Assembly (NCBI RefSeq): GCF_021869535.1
Contig: NW_026262745.1
Location: 26,908,001-26,972,000 of the forward strand
Direction of reading: 5' to 3'
Length of the DNA stretch: 64,000 bases
DNA from: Mytilus californianus
Taxonomy: Eukaryota
Notes under the pieces: model-generated
Seen by the model: only the letters and a program-made list of their open reading frames with translations
What the model was told of the DNA's origin: nothing
The model's database searches: none
Part shown: positions 1-13,016 of the stretch, one piece after another
How positions within the stretch are numbered: the first letter of the stretch is position 1
How the letters are laid out: every line of letters starts with the position of its first letter
Program-made: the position numbers and the translations under genes

Positions 1-301
1 AGAACGGAAAGTTGATAGGCACTATTTTTTTATTCAAAGGTCAAAACATAGGGCTGTGCGGCATGTTTTCAACATTTATATGCCCCGAACTTCTAAGAGT
101 TTAAACTTGTACTAAAATTCTGTACTATCCCTACTTCCACTTTGGGTGTCCCTCAGAATTCAATTATCGCCGCTACCATCTGTTTTTATACTGGTAACAT
201 TCCCAAGTTATTTCTATATGAGATGAAACATAGAGATCATAAATGGGAACCAGTACGTAAACAAAACTAAATATCTATGAATATTATATATCTCCCCAAA
301 A

Positions 302-1059
302 TGAGTTTGTCAGCAAAGGGTAAGGGGAGTACCCTGCTGGTATATTTTCAAGTCAAAATTATCTATTGCTGGCTGGCCAAACTAAGAGATTCTCCACGTC
401 GGCCTTGATACCAGAGATAGAAGTAAGCATTGCCTTTGAAATAGTCCATAGCACTTATGCCCTAGAATTTGTCAGCAAAAAGTAAGGGCAGTATCCTGGT
501 ATATCACAAAGTCAAAATTAACTATTGGTGGCTGGCCAAACTAAGAGATTCTTCACCTAGGCCATGACAGCAGAGGTAGAAGTAAGCATTGCCTTTGAAA
601 TGGTCTATAGCACTTCTGCCCTAGATCCGTACGAGTTTGTCAGCAAAGGGTAATGGGAGAACCCTGGTATATCACAAAATCAAAATTAACTATTACCGGC
701 TGGCCAAACTAAGAGATTATCCACGTGGGCCATGACACCAGAGGCAGAGGTAGGCACACCATGTGTATGGCCCATAACACTTATGCTCTAGACCAGTACG
801 AGTTTGTCAGCAAAGGGTAAGGGGAGTACCCTAGTATATCACAAAGTCAAAATTAACTATTGCCGGCTGGTAGGCCAAACTAAGAGATTCTCCATGTGGG
901 CCATGATACCAGAGGTAGAAGTATACATTGCCTTTGAAATGGTTCATAGCATTTATGCCCTAGACCCGTACGAGTTTGTCGGCAAAGGGTACGAGGAGTA
1001 CCCTGGTATATCACAAAGTCAAAATTAACGATTGCCGGCTGGCCAAATTAAGAGATTCT
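302..1059 (+). repeat. ~168-bp tandem satellite, about 4.5 diverged monomers
   Basis: The motif TTTGTC(A/G)GCAAA recurs at 306, 468, 636, 803 and 975 (spacing 162-172 bp). The ORF at 804-1028 is only a translation of the monomer. Confidence 0.9.
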
Positions 1060-1564
1060 TGATTTTTGTTAAAATAGACAAATTTGTATATAAATATTTT
1101 TTTAAGAAAGAAAAAACACAACTGTTTCGTTTCGTTTCATTACGTTCACATCTAATGTATGGTCTTTCAAAACTTGTCAACGACATGTTTTGCGTATTGT
1201 TTGTTTTGGGTGATAAACAGAAATAAGATTAGTCTAATTTTTTAACGTATTTGTAAATGGTTGCTATAGAAACAAACTATAAAATAAGTTTGATATTTTC
1301 ATATTTTTAAATAGTTTTATGCTTTGCCTTTCCACACTGTAAAACATCCCTATTTATTGATTAACTTTTTTTGTATGCATTTTTAACTCTTCCTTATTTG
1401 GATGGTTTTCTATATAGATTAGTATCGCTAGTTGCCTGTAAGGACCTTAATGTTAAGAGTATTTCTAGTATTCTTATGGATTATTTTTTCTAGACATCTT
1501 AGCGATTCAGAGCGAAATATTGTACAATTATTGTTTATTGGTGATGAAACCAATATAGGTTTTG

Positions 1565-2030
1565 TTTGACTTTGTGATATACCAGAGTTCCCTCCTTACC
1601 CTTTGCTGACAAACTCGTACAGGTCTAGGGCTTAAGTGCTATGTGCAATTTCAAAGGAAATGCATACCTCTGCCTCTGTTATCATGGCCCACGTGAAAAA
1701 TTGCTTAGTTTGACCAGCCGGCAATAGTAAATTTTGACTTTGGGATATACCAGGGTACTCCCCTTACCCTTTGCTGACAAATTCGTACGGGTCTAAAACA
1801 TAAGTGCTATCGGCTATTTCAAAGGCGATGTCTACCTCTACCTCTGGTATCATGGTCCACGTGGAGAATCACTTAGCTTGGTCAGCCGGCAATAGTTAAT
1901 TTTGATTTTGTGATATACCAGGGTTCTCCCATTACCCTTTGCTGACAAACTCGTACGGGTCTAGGGCATAAATGCTCTAAGCCATTTCAAAGGCAATGCC
2001 TACCTCTACCTCTGGTATCATGGCCCAAGT
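1565..2030 (-). repeat. Same 168-bp satellite in inverted orientation, about 3 monomers
   Basis: GCTGACAAA, the reverse complement of the monomer marker, occurs at 1605, 1773 and 1941 (exactly 168 bp apart). Confidence 0.9.
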
Positions 2031-2869
2031 AGGTACTTACTTTATTCTTCAAATAAGTTAATTAAAACCCTATACAGGCATAACTTATAATTGACCACAG
2101 AATACACGCCTTAATTACAACAATAAATTTTCTGGATGATAATGTTTTATTTCTGCTATATATTTTTGCTGTTTCTTAATCTGTAATCTACAAATGGATT
2201 CCTTAAGACCAGACTGCACTAACGTCTGGTAGAACATGAATTATTGATAAGTTGGTATTGGATGTGAATTAGCTTTCAGTAACTCCGAGTACAAACAGAT
2301 CAGTACTTTGTTTCTATTGTTTTTATGTAAGGTGTCCTTCGTGCCAACCGTATGAGTCAATTAATTTCCAATTGATGTTTTCTTTTGTTGTGCTGTTTCA
2401 TCTTTGTCCCAGATTCTGGGAGGGTTGAGTGCTCACAAACATTGGTAACCCCGCTACATGATGCATTTGCCTGTCCCAAGACAAAATAGGATTGATTCTT
2501 TTAATCTCGCTTGTAGATTAAAATGGGAAACACTTGCGTTAAAGTCTGAGAAATCTAATCTTTTCAATTGAACGGACAAGGAGAAAAATAGATTGCATGC
2601 ACTTCAAAATATTTTTTGGAATGTGTTTGTATCTGTATCTGATTTAAACAGCCACAAGTATCTCTAAAGCTTGGTTTTAACTGTTGAAAGAACTAGGTTT
2701 TAGAAATTATTAAGAAATCTATGGTTGATGGAGTAATAAATTTATCATTAATTCTATGAACACTTATATTATTTTTGGTATCCAGGAAAATAAAAATGAT
2801 TCCATTTGTATGCAGATGCTGATGAAATGTTAGCACATTAAATCAGAAGATACCAGGCTTACACCTTTA

Positions 2870-3113
2870 TTAGTTGTAGTTTGTTGCTGTTTATCATATT
2901 ATTTTTTTCGTTCATTGTTTTGTAAAAAAATCAACCGTTGAGTTTCTCGTTTGAATTGTTTTACATTTGTCATTTAGGACTTTTATGGCTGACTGTGTGA
3001 TATGGGGTTTGCTCATTGTGAGTACGGTGACCTTTAGTTGTTAACTTCTATGTCATTTGGTCTCTGTAATGAGATGTCTCATTAGGAAATCAGACAACAT
3101 CTTCTTATTTTTA
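2870..3113 (-). mobile_element. Dispersed repeat, family with a GATGTGGTATGATTGCCAATGAGACAAC end
   Basis: Degenerate reverse copy of the repeat also seen at 15222-15470, 18900-18985, 59300-59560 and 61912-62230. Confidence 0.65.
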
Positions 3114-5329
3114 TTTCATAATTATATCTTTGTACGCAAAAGACGCATCTCATGTTTATAAGGATCATCAGTGGCGCTAAATTCAAAACTGTTGAAAGGC
3201 AAAATCAAATACAAAGTTGAAGAGCATTGAAAACAAAATATCGGTAAGAGTTGTTCAAATAAGCCTAAGTTTTTCGAATTATTCAAAATTTACATTTACG
3301 GAAAATGTATGTGGCAATAGTATTTCAAATCACCACTAATCATGTATTTCATCGTAAAGGTTTGTTCAGCACCTGACATAACTTTTAACTTCTCGATATA
3401 AGCCAAAATATGAAACAAACCTGTATATGATGTATATTACTAGATACAGACCCTTTCTCTACTTCTGAATCACACAATTAAAATAGATGAACATAGAATA
3501 AAATTATGAATTAAATAATTTTCAAACCTCCTCCTCCACTCAGACACAAAAGGGCGAAATGTATTCAAACATGAATGTATTGATGATATTAAAAGCTACT
3601 ATTAATAATTAAAAAGATTCTATTAAATGTAATATAAGTTTCGAATCTACTTCATTAGTCATAGACAAGCTGACGGCACGTTCATAACCGTTTCGTTTAA
3701 TACTTGGAAACATTCCATATAAACAATATAAACATTTTAACGTAGCTTACGTTAAAAATTCATACAGATCAGTATTCAAACATGAATGTTTTCCGCTTTC
3801 CTTTGAATTGAAAAAGCTATGTATTAATACTTCCTAGTATATACGTGTATGTCTAAAACAGGATATTTTCATATTGGCAATAGTCTAGATAGCTAGAAAA
3901 ATAGGGATGGAATATGTGTAGATATGTATAAAGCAAGAATCTCAGTTACAGAGTGTCTGCAATTTAGCCACCAATGCCAGCGTCAGACTTCAATCTGTCG
4001 GTTCTTTATATGCAGGGACTCATACCACATCTTCTTATTTATATAGCTGTTATCTTCTGACTAGTCGTGGCGGTAAGCCTACCATAATTCAACAAATGCA
4101 ACCCGGTCAAATAAAACAGACCTATGATTGATAATAATTTCATTATCAACAAGTGTCGTCGGAATACTGTAAATGTCATTTCATGATTTCAATGCATTAA
4201 TAATTTGCACAGGAATAAAAGGGTGGAATTCAAGCATTAAACGATAAGCATTTAATCAATTAAATATGATTAGGTGCCCAGAGGAAAAAATATTAAAAAA
4301 AGGTATTTACGAAAATACAGAACATAAATATAAATTCAAAAAGGTGGAAGTAAAAAAAACCTGACAAAATCAAACGCTCAACCAACAAAACAAATGGAAA
4401 ACAACTGTCATATTCCTGACTTTGTACTTAACTTCCAAAAACAATGGTGGATAAAGCAATTGTTCCGTGAAAACTCTTTAACAAATACAGTTTTTTAGTC
4501 GTGTATCGAAGTCTTTATCCTTGTGCAATATAATAAACATTTTACTTCTCTACACTTAAAACAAGTATTTGTAATTTTAAACAGAAAAAAGCAAAATTGA
4601 AAAACTTAACTTAAGAAAAAAATGATTACCTTGATAGAATGTTGTTTACAAGAATGCTTTTGAAACAAGTGCTCCAATTGGTACATTTTAAATCAAGTTT
4701 ACGGAAGTTTAACTGTCAAGATCATGCTTTGGTTGACCGTTATTGGAATTCTATGTCACCTAAAATATGTTCTACATGCAGTTGTCCCAATCCCGTTCTC
4801 AGTTCCTTGATTGTAACCTCACTGAATGCGACTGATTTGAAACACACGACCGTTGTCATCAACTGAAGAGAAAATGCTTTCTCCTGGAGCACCTCTTGCA
4901 TACATTTTTAGCTTTTGACAATGTTTTAATTAGTTTCCTTGTTGTAGTTTATGCATTGTTCTGAAAAATCCTGTTCCATTTCTATTTTTTGGGGGTGTCT
5001 AATTTCATAGTTATACAATAAACCTATGGTTTAAAGATTTGGTGATTTCGAATTTGTAGATATTCATTAATCCATATAAGTCTCACGGCATGTGTCACTA
5101 GTTTGGCAGAACGGTGACCGAAGATTAAAAAAAAAAATTGTATTGCATTGCGGGATACAATTAACATTTTTTAAAATCACTACATGTAGCATATATGCTT
5201 GGCGAATTCATATAAATTGACTGTTAATTTTCTTAACCAAATTTTTTTCAAATTCAGGCGAAATGACCCTGTAAGTCCCGATGCAAACAAATCGGGATGA
5301 GTCGAGTCGGGTTGCGTACGAATATTGTT

Positions 5330-5740
5330 ACTTAATGACCTGGATTCAATCAGCTGCTGTTGACCCTTGCTGAGCATTTCAGTTCTTCCTTCGTTTGCAG
5401 GGTTTGGGTGCGCAATATTTTGAAGACATAGCGTTCTGTTGACTTTTCTTTGTTTTTCTGTTTGGCAATGTGGATTTTATACAACTTATGGTTTTGAATT
5501 AACCCTTGGCATCTTCGCCTCATATAAAGTTGCAACAGAAGTAAAATGTATGAATATGGCTGTGATTGATATAAAAAAAAAAGAAGCTGAACTGAGATCA
5601 ACCCCTGGGTTATGTGTTGCGCAGATATTTTTTCTATGTTGTGTTTTGTATACTGTTATTTGTCTTTTGGTCGTTTATTTTGCCATGGAATTGTCAGTTT
5701 GATTTCTACTTATGAGTTGAATATTCTTTTGGTATCGTTC
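5330..5740 (+). mobile_element. Two adjacent short, 5'-truncated 3'-tail copies of a Naiad-type Penelope-like element
   Basis: Both resemble the ...CTGCTTACCCTT...CCCTTGGTATCTTC tail also at 29160-29395, 55790-55925 and 57640-57740. The same tail lies beside the Naiad RT C-terminus remnant at 63390-63770. Overlapping ORFs are incidental. Confidence 0.55.
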
Positions 5741-5929
5741 GAGTACCATTAACAAAGGTAACTCATTTAACAATAAAAATGGTAATCTTTCCTGATGCCT
5801 TCAAAAACCATTAATGTAAAAAAAAAAAAATAAGTCGAGGTAATTAGACCAAAATATTTAAATGTTCTTTAAAAAAATATCAAGACTGATACATACATAA
5901 CATTTATAGATAGATAATAAGATACAATA

Positions 5930-6290
5930 TCAATTACATTAAGACAGCTTTCAAGCTCTTTAAACATAAAAGTTGATAGAAAATCAAAAGAAAGACTTAG
6001 AGTTAATCGTGCAGCCAGTTTTTGGAGCTTGTTAATCCTTTCGAGATTACAGTATGTGATAAGGACCCATACTGTACAATAGACAACTATTGGTAATATA
6101 CAGCTATTGTTCAACAGAACAAGACCCTTTAATGATAAATAATGTTCCACCTTTTTAATATGTATATAATGCTTGATTTAATTTCATTTATTTCATCAAT
6201 TTGATTTGAACATGGATTTTTATCAATTTAAACTCAAGGAGTTTTTCAACTTCTGAATTATTTAAAGGTATACTTTTTGAAATAAAACAC
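5930..6290 (-). mobile_element. Decayed non-LTR retrotransposon (CR1/L2-like) RT C-terminal fragment
   Basis: The translation NSCILPIVVYCTVW...LERINKLQKLAARLTL...FMFKEL matches the post-RT motif of CR1/L2-type LINEs. It is preceded by a SEVEKLL(G)xKID-like remnant near 6200-6260. Confidence 0.75.
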
Positions 6291-6384
6291 ATACACATTC
6301 ATTACAGTTTTCCAGTTTTCTCTCACTTGACTTCAAGCATATATTTTGATTTCTTGTTATTGATCATCATATGATTGTCTTTAC

Positions 6385-7151
6385 CTGAAACTGTAAGTTC
6401 CAAAACAACCGGCCAAATTCATTTTATGCTTTTCTCTTTGTTTGTAATCTATCGACGGAAACTGGGGAATAACTCCAACTTCTATATCAGAAATGTTCTC
6501 AAGCAAAGTTTGCATGTCCTCAATCAGGGCTACATTTTGTCTTTTTTGTCCTAAATCTTTCATTCTTTCTTCAAATGCAGTAAGAATCTCTATTCTTGAA
6601 TTAGTAGCAGCGACGATATTTGACATCTTTTCTTTTTTACTATTAGTCTTTTCGTTCACGTCGTCAATCATCTTATCGATTTTTGCATCTATCATTTTCT
6701 TAATCTTCTGTTCGTCTTCTGTTATTCAATTGATAACAGATTTAACCTCGGAGTCATAGGTATCAATCGCCTTTTCAAGTTCATGTAGTATTATATTATT
6801 TATTTGCAGTTTAGATGCTATTTCATTTTTGACAATATCATTACACGAAGATATTGTTTCGCTGATATTAGAGACTTTATGGCCATTATGTTTCCCTGTA
6901 ATACACCGACTACAAACTGGATCATTACAAATAATACAAATGAAAATAAAGTCTTCATCGTGTTTCTTACATTTGGATTTGACTTTAATCTTTTGCTTCG
7001 AAGAGTCTTGAAATTCATGTTGACGTGTTGCATTTTGCCTAGTGTGCAGGCCTCTACAATGTTCACAAAATAATTGTTCACAGTCGATACAGAAATGTAT
7101 ACCTGGAGAACTAGTGCAAATTTCACATGTTTTAGAAGCAACCTTAGCCAT
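6385..7151 (-). pseudogene. TRIM-like tandem B-box/coiled-coil gene, copy 1, with a premature in-frame TGA at 6726-6728 (141-aa B-box-only product if translated)
   Basis: B-box1 (C9,C12,C21,C24,C29,C32,H36,H45) and B-box2 (C61,H64,C72,C75,C80,C83,H88,H91), no RING. ORFs 6726-7151 and 6381-6695 share a frame, separated by one TGA. Acceptor tttcag before 7161; donor AG|GTAA at 6385/6384. Confidence 0.85.
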
Positions 7152-8849
7152 GTGTGTTTGTCTGAAATATATATTTATATTTAATGGTAAAAGCTAAATA
7201 TCTATGTGTTTTGCAATGGTTTTGCTAAGAGTATATATTGAGGTTGACTAAAACATTCCCAAATTATAGATAAAATATCAAAAGAAGCAGAGTCAATTTA
7301 TTATTTCTTATTTGGTGTTAGGTATGCTTCTTAACATCATACTTTTCTTTTAAAAGTGGCAAATAATTTGCGAGTCTCAATCGAATCAATCCTCGTTTCG
7401 TGAAATGAAATAAATGCATAGTTGGATGGATGGCTGTTTACTGGCATGATTTAAAAATCTATTATAATTCACTTTGCCACTATCTGAAGCAAAGTTAACA
7501 TTTAAATAATCTTTTACAGAGGAAAGTTACTCTTAAACCTAGTGATCTGATAAAAATAGCAATAATGGCCATTTTCTAAAGTTTATATTTTAGTTTTTCA
7601 CGGAAAATAGATACAACAATTTACGATAAAAGAGACGATTCTACGTTTCTTTATCGTTAATTTTCCGTCTTTGAACGGAGATGTTACTTTGGCCTCTACG
7701 ATGTGTGGATAGTTGTGTCATTGGCAATTATAAAAGTACAGTAGAATACAATTAAATACACTATCATAATTTCCATTAAAGGTTCACTGAATTATTGTAT
7801 CTCATTTTTACATCGAAATTTTTGCAATTATCTACTCTTCTTTTTTAATCTAAATTCGTGTTTGAAAAAGAAATTGTGTAAGTCAAAAAAGTAGTTAACC
7901 ATGTGAATTTATAAAACTACCGTTAGATAACTAGAAATTAAAGTTTAACTTGTTTCTCGATGCGTTTCCGTCCGCATATTATTTGCTTAAGTGTATTACT
8001 GTTAACCTTAATTTTTTTCTGTGAAATGATGTAAATTTAGCAGAATGCAATGTTGAAAATAACACTTTTAAATTGTATGCCTCCGAAACGTTTTCTGGAT
8101 TTACCTTGATCAGGAGAGCGCAAAGCCAAAAATAAGGTATACTTAATCGGATTACTTGCATAAATGTTCGTGCATTAATTTTGAATAGTACGTTCCGACC
8201 GGAATGCTCGCTTAATTGCAATGTAGTCGACGCAAATAATTTGTAATCTCTGTTAACGAGACAAATTGTGCGACAGAGTCAGAAACGTCAGGAAATAAGA
8301 ATCTAGGTTTTTCCGCGTTTCGCACTAAATAATAATCAACCATGTTAGGATCTGAATTATCAAATCCATTACGTGACCATTTTGGCGGATCTCCAAATGC
8401 TCAACAGAATATTTTCCAAATCTGAACGTGGAATTACTCGCCTTAAGAATATCATCCCTAGTTTTTGTTTGGTCCTTGTTGATGAATTAAAAAATCTCAG
8501 TTTACTAATTTTCGTTGGTTATGTTATAATCATTTGTTTTCTTGGTTGTTTTTCCGTCGTTGTCATTCAAAGTGTTAAGCTACATAACTGATTAATTCAC
8601 TGAATTTGCCAGAGATCTTATAATTATATCTCGAATAAGAGTAAAAAGTAAAAAATATCAAATTGATCTAGAAATTTCCCATTTAATATCGTTATATACT
8701 ACCACCTGATAGGTTAACGTCTAGGTATGACTGAGAATTTATAGATCGTTGGAAGTCTGTTTGAAAGAGACACAATGTAAAAAAAAAATTGATTTTTGTC
8801 ATTTTGAAGGGATATCCCTTGTAGTTCGGTATTTTTGTTACTCCTTTTT

Positions 8850-9301
8850 TAGAGCTTGACATATTGTATACATATTTTTCTCTAATTCGTCGTCAATTTA
8901 TCACTTTCTGCACCCATTGTATAAAAAAATGTAATCAACGTGTGGTTCGTTTGATCTCAGTTCTTCATTGGTTAAAATCCAAATTCTTTTGCTTTCCTCT
9001 GAATTTCCTATTGTGACGGCATGAAAAAATGCGACCATGCCTGATGACGTCACATAGAAAGAACACATCTTTTTGCAGATCATTCGAAAAGAAGGAATAA
9101 GTTTGCCTGCATATTGTTTGAAAATCATTAGAGAAACAAATTCCACCACCAAATCTCGTGTAATACGATATTTATCCACTCTCGACAGTTAAATTTTAAA
9201 TATTTAAAACGCTCGGCGAGCCTCGCGTTTTAAATTTGAAAATTTAACTGTCTCGAGTGGATAAATATCGTATCACACTCGATGCAGTGGTAGAATCTAT
9301 A
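8850..9301 (-). mobile_element. Non-autonomous element with a long terminal hairpin, possibly Crypton-derived
   Basis: Near-perfect inverted repeat at 9163-9273. The internal remnant SKRIWILTNEEL resembles Crypton/DUF3504 protein N-termini (from recall, not verified). Confidence 0.45.
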
Positions 9302-11238
9302 TGTCTATTATTTAGGACTATATATTTATTGTGTTTTCTGTTTGTTTCATCAGAATATAACTTACAAAAAATACAATATAATGCTGAAAGTCAAAAAATT
9401 ATATTCTAATATCTTATAATCAGTGTACGTTTGTATTCGTCGTTTTACATAAAATGCAATGAATAATGAGATAATAAATATGCATATTATAACTTTTAAG
9501 ACATCTCAAATTAGGCAAAATTACTATGGCTATTCAAAAGTGAAAATCTGTCTGTACTTGAATATTTAAGAAATTATATCAAAACGCATTGATGTGAGAC
9601 GAAACGTTAATTAGACACTGTGACAGCTCCAATTGTTAAAGCAAATGGTTTTAGGATTTTGGTCTTGCTTTGAAATCAATTTTTTTTTAGAAAAAAGTAA
9701 AATAACAAAAATACCGATCTCCAAGGAAAATTCAAAACGGAAAGTCCCTTATCAAATGGCAAAACAAAAGCTAAAACACATCAAACGAATGGAAAACAAC
9801 TGCCATATTACTGACTTGGTACAGAAATATAGATTAACAGCTTATATTTTATTCGAGTGAGTTTATATGTTACCATTCATAATTTTATGTTTGTTATGTT
9901 GTTCATTGAGGGCTATTCTAAAGTAGGAATGCAAGAAAATAATTTTTTTTTAAATTTTTTGCGGTCAACATACCGACTTTGACAATAGACAGGTTTAAAA
10001 ACGATAAGTCAAACTCTGAGTTATTCAATTGTTATAAAACTGGAATAATTAATAGTTATATGTATAAGAACCGTGTTAATGATTTCAATGATTTCACTTT
10101 TATCTAAACATTGCAGTTTAAATACTAACATAATAGTTACATTGTTTTAGAAAACGTAATCAAATATAGATAAAACACTCATACTGAGGGTAAATACCGG
10201 GGGAGTACAGTTTTTTTCACCAAAGGCAAATAGAGTCTCATCTTCTTTTGTCCTTGTTTTCCATTCGTTTGATGTGTTTGCCATTTTATAAGGAACTTGT
10301 TCGTTTCTAATGAGTCCAATGTAGACAAAACAAGAGTTTGGCGTACTACTAAAATATAATAAGTATGGTATCTTAGCTAAGTATTTGTTTTTTAAAGACA
10401 ATAATATTACTTGATAGCAGATATATTTGAATACTCAAAATCATGTACGTTGGGATAGATTGTTCTGAATGGATCGTCAATGGAGGCGTGTATCGTCGAT
10501 CTTATAAGTTGGTTTTTCATTCATAATGTGCATTGCTACTATTGGAAACCTGGCATGCATTGACCTCGATGTTTTATACATTTTTTTGTATTTAAAGAAT
10601 CATAATTAGATGGTATTATCTGAAACAATATTGTACACTGCAACACTGTGTTTTTTATATAAAATATTGTTACACTTACCATTTATGATGGACACTCCAT
10701 AATGATTGATAATATAATACAAAATCTAGTGTTCGATTTCTTGTCGTTTTCTATGAAATGCGGAAAATATAATAGACACTAAGGGGTACCTAAATAATCA
10801 TGGTTATATACGCATTATTAAATATAATAAGTTATAACATTTTATAAATGAATTTTTTCTTTTGTTTTAGTGAAATTTCAATGCTAAGTTAATATAGTTA
10901 TTTAAAGACCCCAGAATTAAAATGGGAGTTTTTAACAGTCATTTTGTGGGGAGGTATTTTAATGTATATATTAACTAATTATTGAACTTTTAATGACTTA
11001 CACACCGTGGAAAATGTAAGAAACGTACAGAAAAAGCACTTGCATGAGCCTTAATATAGCTTATTCGCCTGAAATCGACGCGTCTAAATCGGATTCAAAT
11101 TTTATTAGAGATAAATATTACTCAGAGTGATATTTACATATAAAAACCTAATAACCTCAAAAACGGCAGTTTTGTTACTACACACTTTTAAGCATAAAAA
11201 CCGTGGGAGGGTCTTATACATGTAACGCTTATAAGAAG

Positions 11239-12097
11239 GCGCCAACCCTCCCCCTCACCTGGGACAGTGGTGTAACAGTACAATATAAGAACAATCTATA
11301 AAAATCAGTTGAAAAAGGCTTAACTCATCAGATTCATACAAATAGAAAAACATCTAACAAAAAACACAGAATAGACTTGGACTTTGACGGGTACTTATAC
11401 ATCCACACAACAAAAAGACACTAATTACAGATCTGAGAATACTCGCAGTTACTGACAGCTAGTTCAAAGCCAATAACAACTAATAAAATAAATCATGCAT
11501 CTAAGACTAAAATATCAATCAGTAAACATCCAACATCGAATGGATTTAGTGTAAATACGTCATAAACAGTCAGAGAAAAACATGACCTTGTGCAATGCCA
11601 AGATACAGGTATCGACAAATTGTAGAGCCATGAATGTGCATATGTATATAAAAATGATATTTAGTTTGATTTCAATTTACTGATAACAAAATTAATATTA
11701 ATCCCAATAAAACAATATTCAAAGAAATAATTACAGTGTTAAATTGGTAACCTTTTAGAATAAGTTTATTTAAAGGATCGATAAGTTTACCCGGATCGTT
11801 TCTAAATTTCCGGGCTTGGTAAACAACATCTCCGTAAAAATGAGGATGTGCTATCCCGTTTGAAATAAGTTTTCTACAGGTACAACCAAACATCAAAACC
11901 AAATCTTTATATCTATGGAATAATTTAGTAAAGGTTTTAAGTAATTTGTGGTAACGAAATCCCTGACTTAATAATTTACCAGTAATACATAGATTACGTT
12001 CTTTGTAATTCAAAACGTCACAACAGACACGGGCATAGCGAACGAGTTGTGATATATAAACAACGTAAGATGGTACCAAAGGAACATCACCGTCCAA
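11239..12097 (-). mobile_element. 5'-truncated Naiad-type Penelope-like element (family 2): RT C-terminus plus 3' tail
   Basis: ORF 11672-12097 DGDVPLVPSYVVYISQLVRYARVC...KLLSQGFRYHKL is the C-terminal motif of PLEs whose RT is C-terminal. A second copy lies at 62405-63035. Confidence 0.8.
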
Positions 12098-12709
12098 AAA
12101 AAGAAAAGTAACAATAGGGAACGAAAAATCGTCCCTTTTGTCGTAAATTTTAGTGTAGAGTTTCCCGTGTAAAACTGAAATATCTAAATCTAGGAAAGGA
12201 CAGTTATTACCGTTTTTATTTGATTTATTTAAAGTAAGTTCCTTTGGGTAAATTTTGTCAGTATATTTAGAAGTCGATAATATAATTTAAAATCCTTGTA
12301 AAATATTTTTTATTAAGTAAGAAAGAAAAATCAAATAACACATCTCTTGATAATGAATGAAAGATAAAAGTCGATCATAAAGGACTTCGTTCATAATTGT
12401 ACATTCATTTTTGGACAAGAATGTTAGATTTCTTCTCTATGAATTAGGATCGCAGAGTCATATATCAACTACAGATGTACAAAATACATCAACTATATAC
12501 CTTGCATGAAGAAAATAAAAAAAAACAAAACTGAAAAAACCCACTCCTGAGTGAACTGATGCTTACATGCGACATTTATTCAGTTCCCTTCAAAAGACAC
12601 AAACAATAAACCAAAAAATATATACACACAGAGTGTCGGTCTCATTGAGATGAATACGCACGCAAGTATATTAGAAACGTGCATCTTAGTTTAAGAAACA
12701 TAAATAGGT

Positions 12710-13016
12710 TTAATTTTCGATTTGTTGTCGTGGGTATGTCCATGTTGTCTTCTTAGTTTTGTGATTTACATAGTATGGTTTTCCCTCAGGCGTAAACATC
12801 ATTTCCCATCCTTTTTGCAACTCAATACCCAATCTTGTAACCTCTGCGTTATGATCTATAAAAAATGGTCTGCCATGTTTGTTTCGGATCATCTCTACTC
12901 CGTCGGGTAAAGGTTGACTACATATAACTTTTTTGGTATTTCTACCGACATATGATATACTTCCGTCATGTGTTAACATCAAATCGTATTCTTCAAATGT
13001 ATTTCCTTGAGGAAGC
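12710..13016 (-). CDS. TRIM-like copy 2, coding exon 2: WW-domain exon (spliced product 264 aa)
   Basis: Acceptor ttttacag at 13018-13017 matches the phase (AG+G = Arg, then LPQG). Canonical WW LQKGWEMMFTPEGKPYYVNHKTKKTTWTYP is preceded by degenerate WW-like repeats. TAA at 12710-12712. 488+307 nt = 265 codons. Confidence 0.82.

Noticed and set aside
5180-5702. Overlapping ORFs as the missing downstream exon of TRIM-like copy 1
   Set aside because: They mostly translate short dispersed repeats, with no WW motif and no good phase-matched acceptor.
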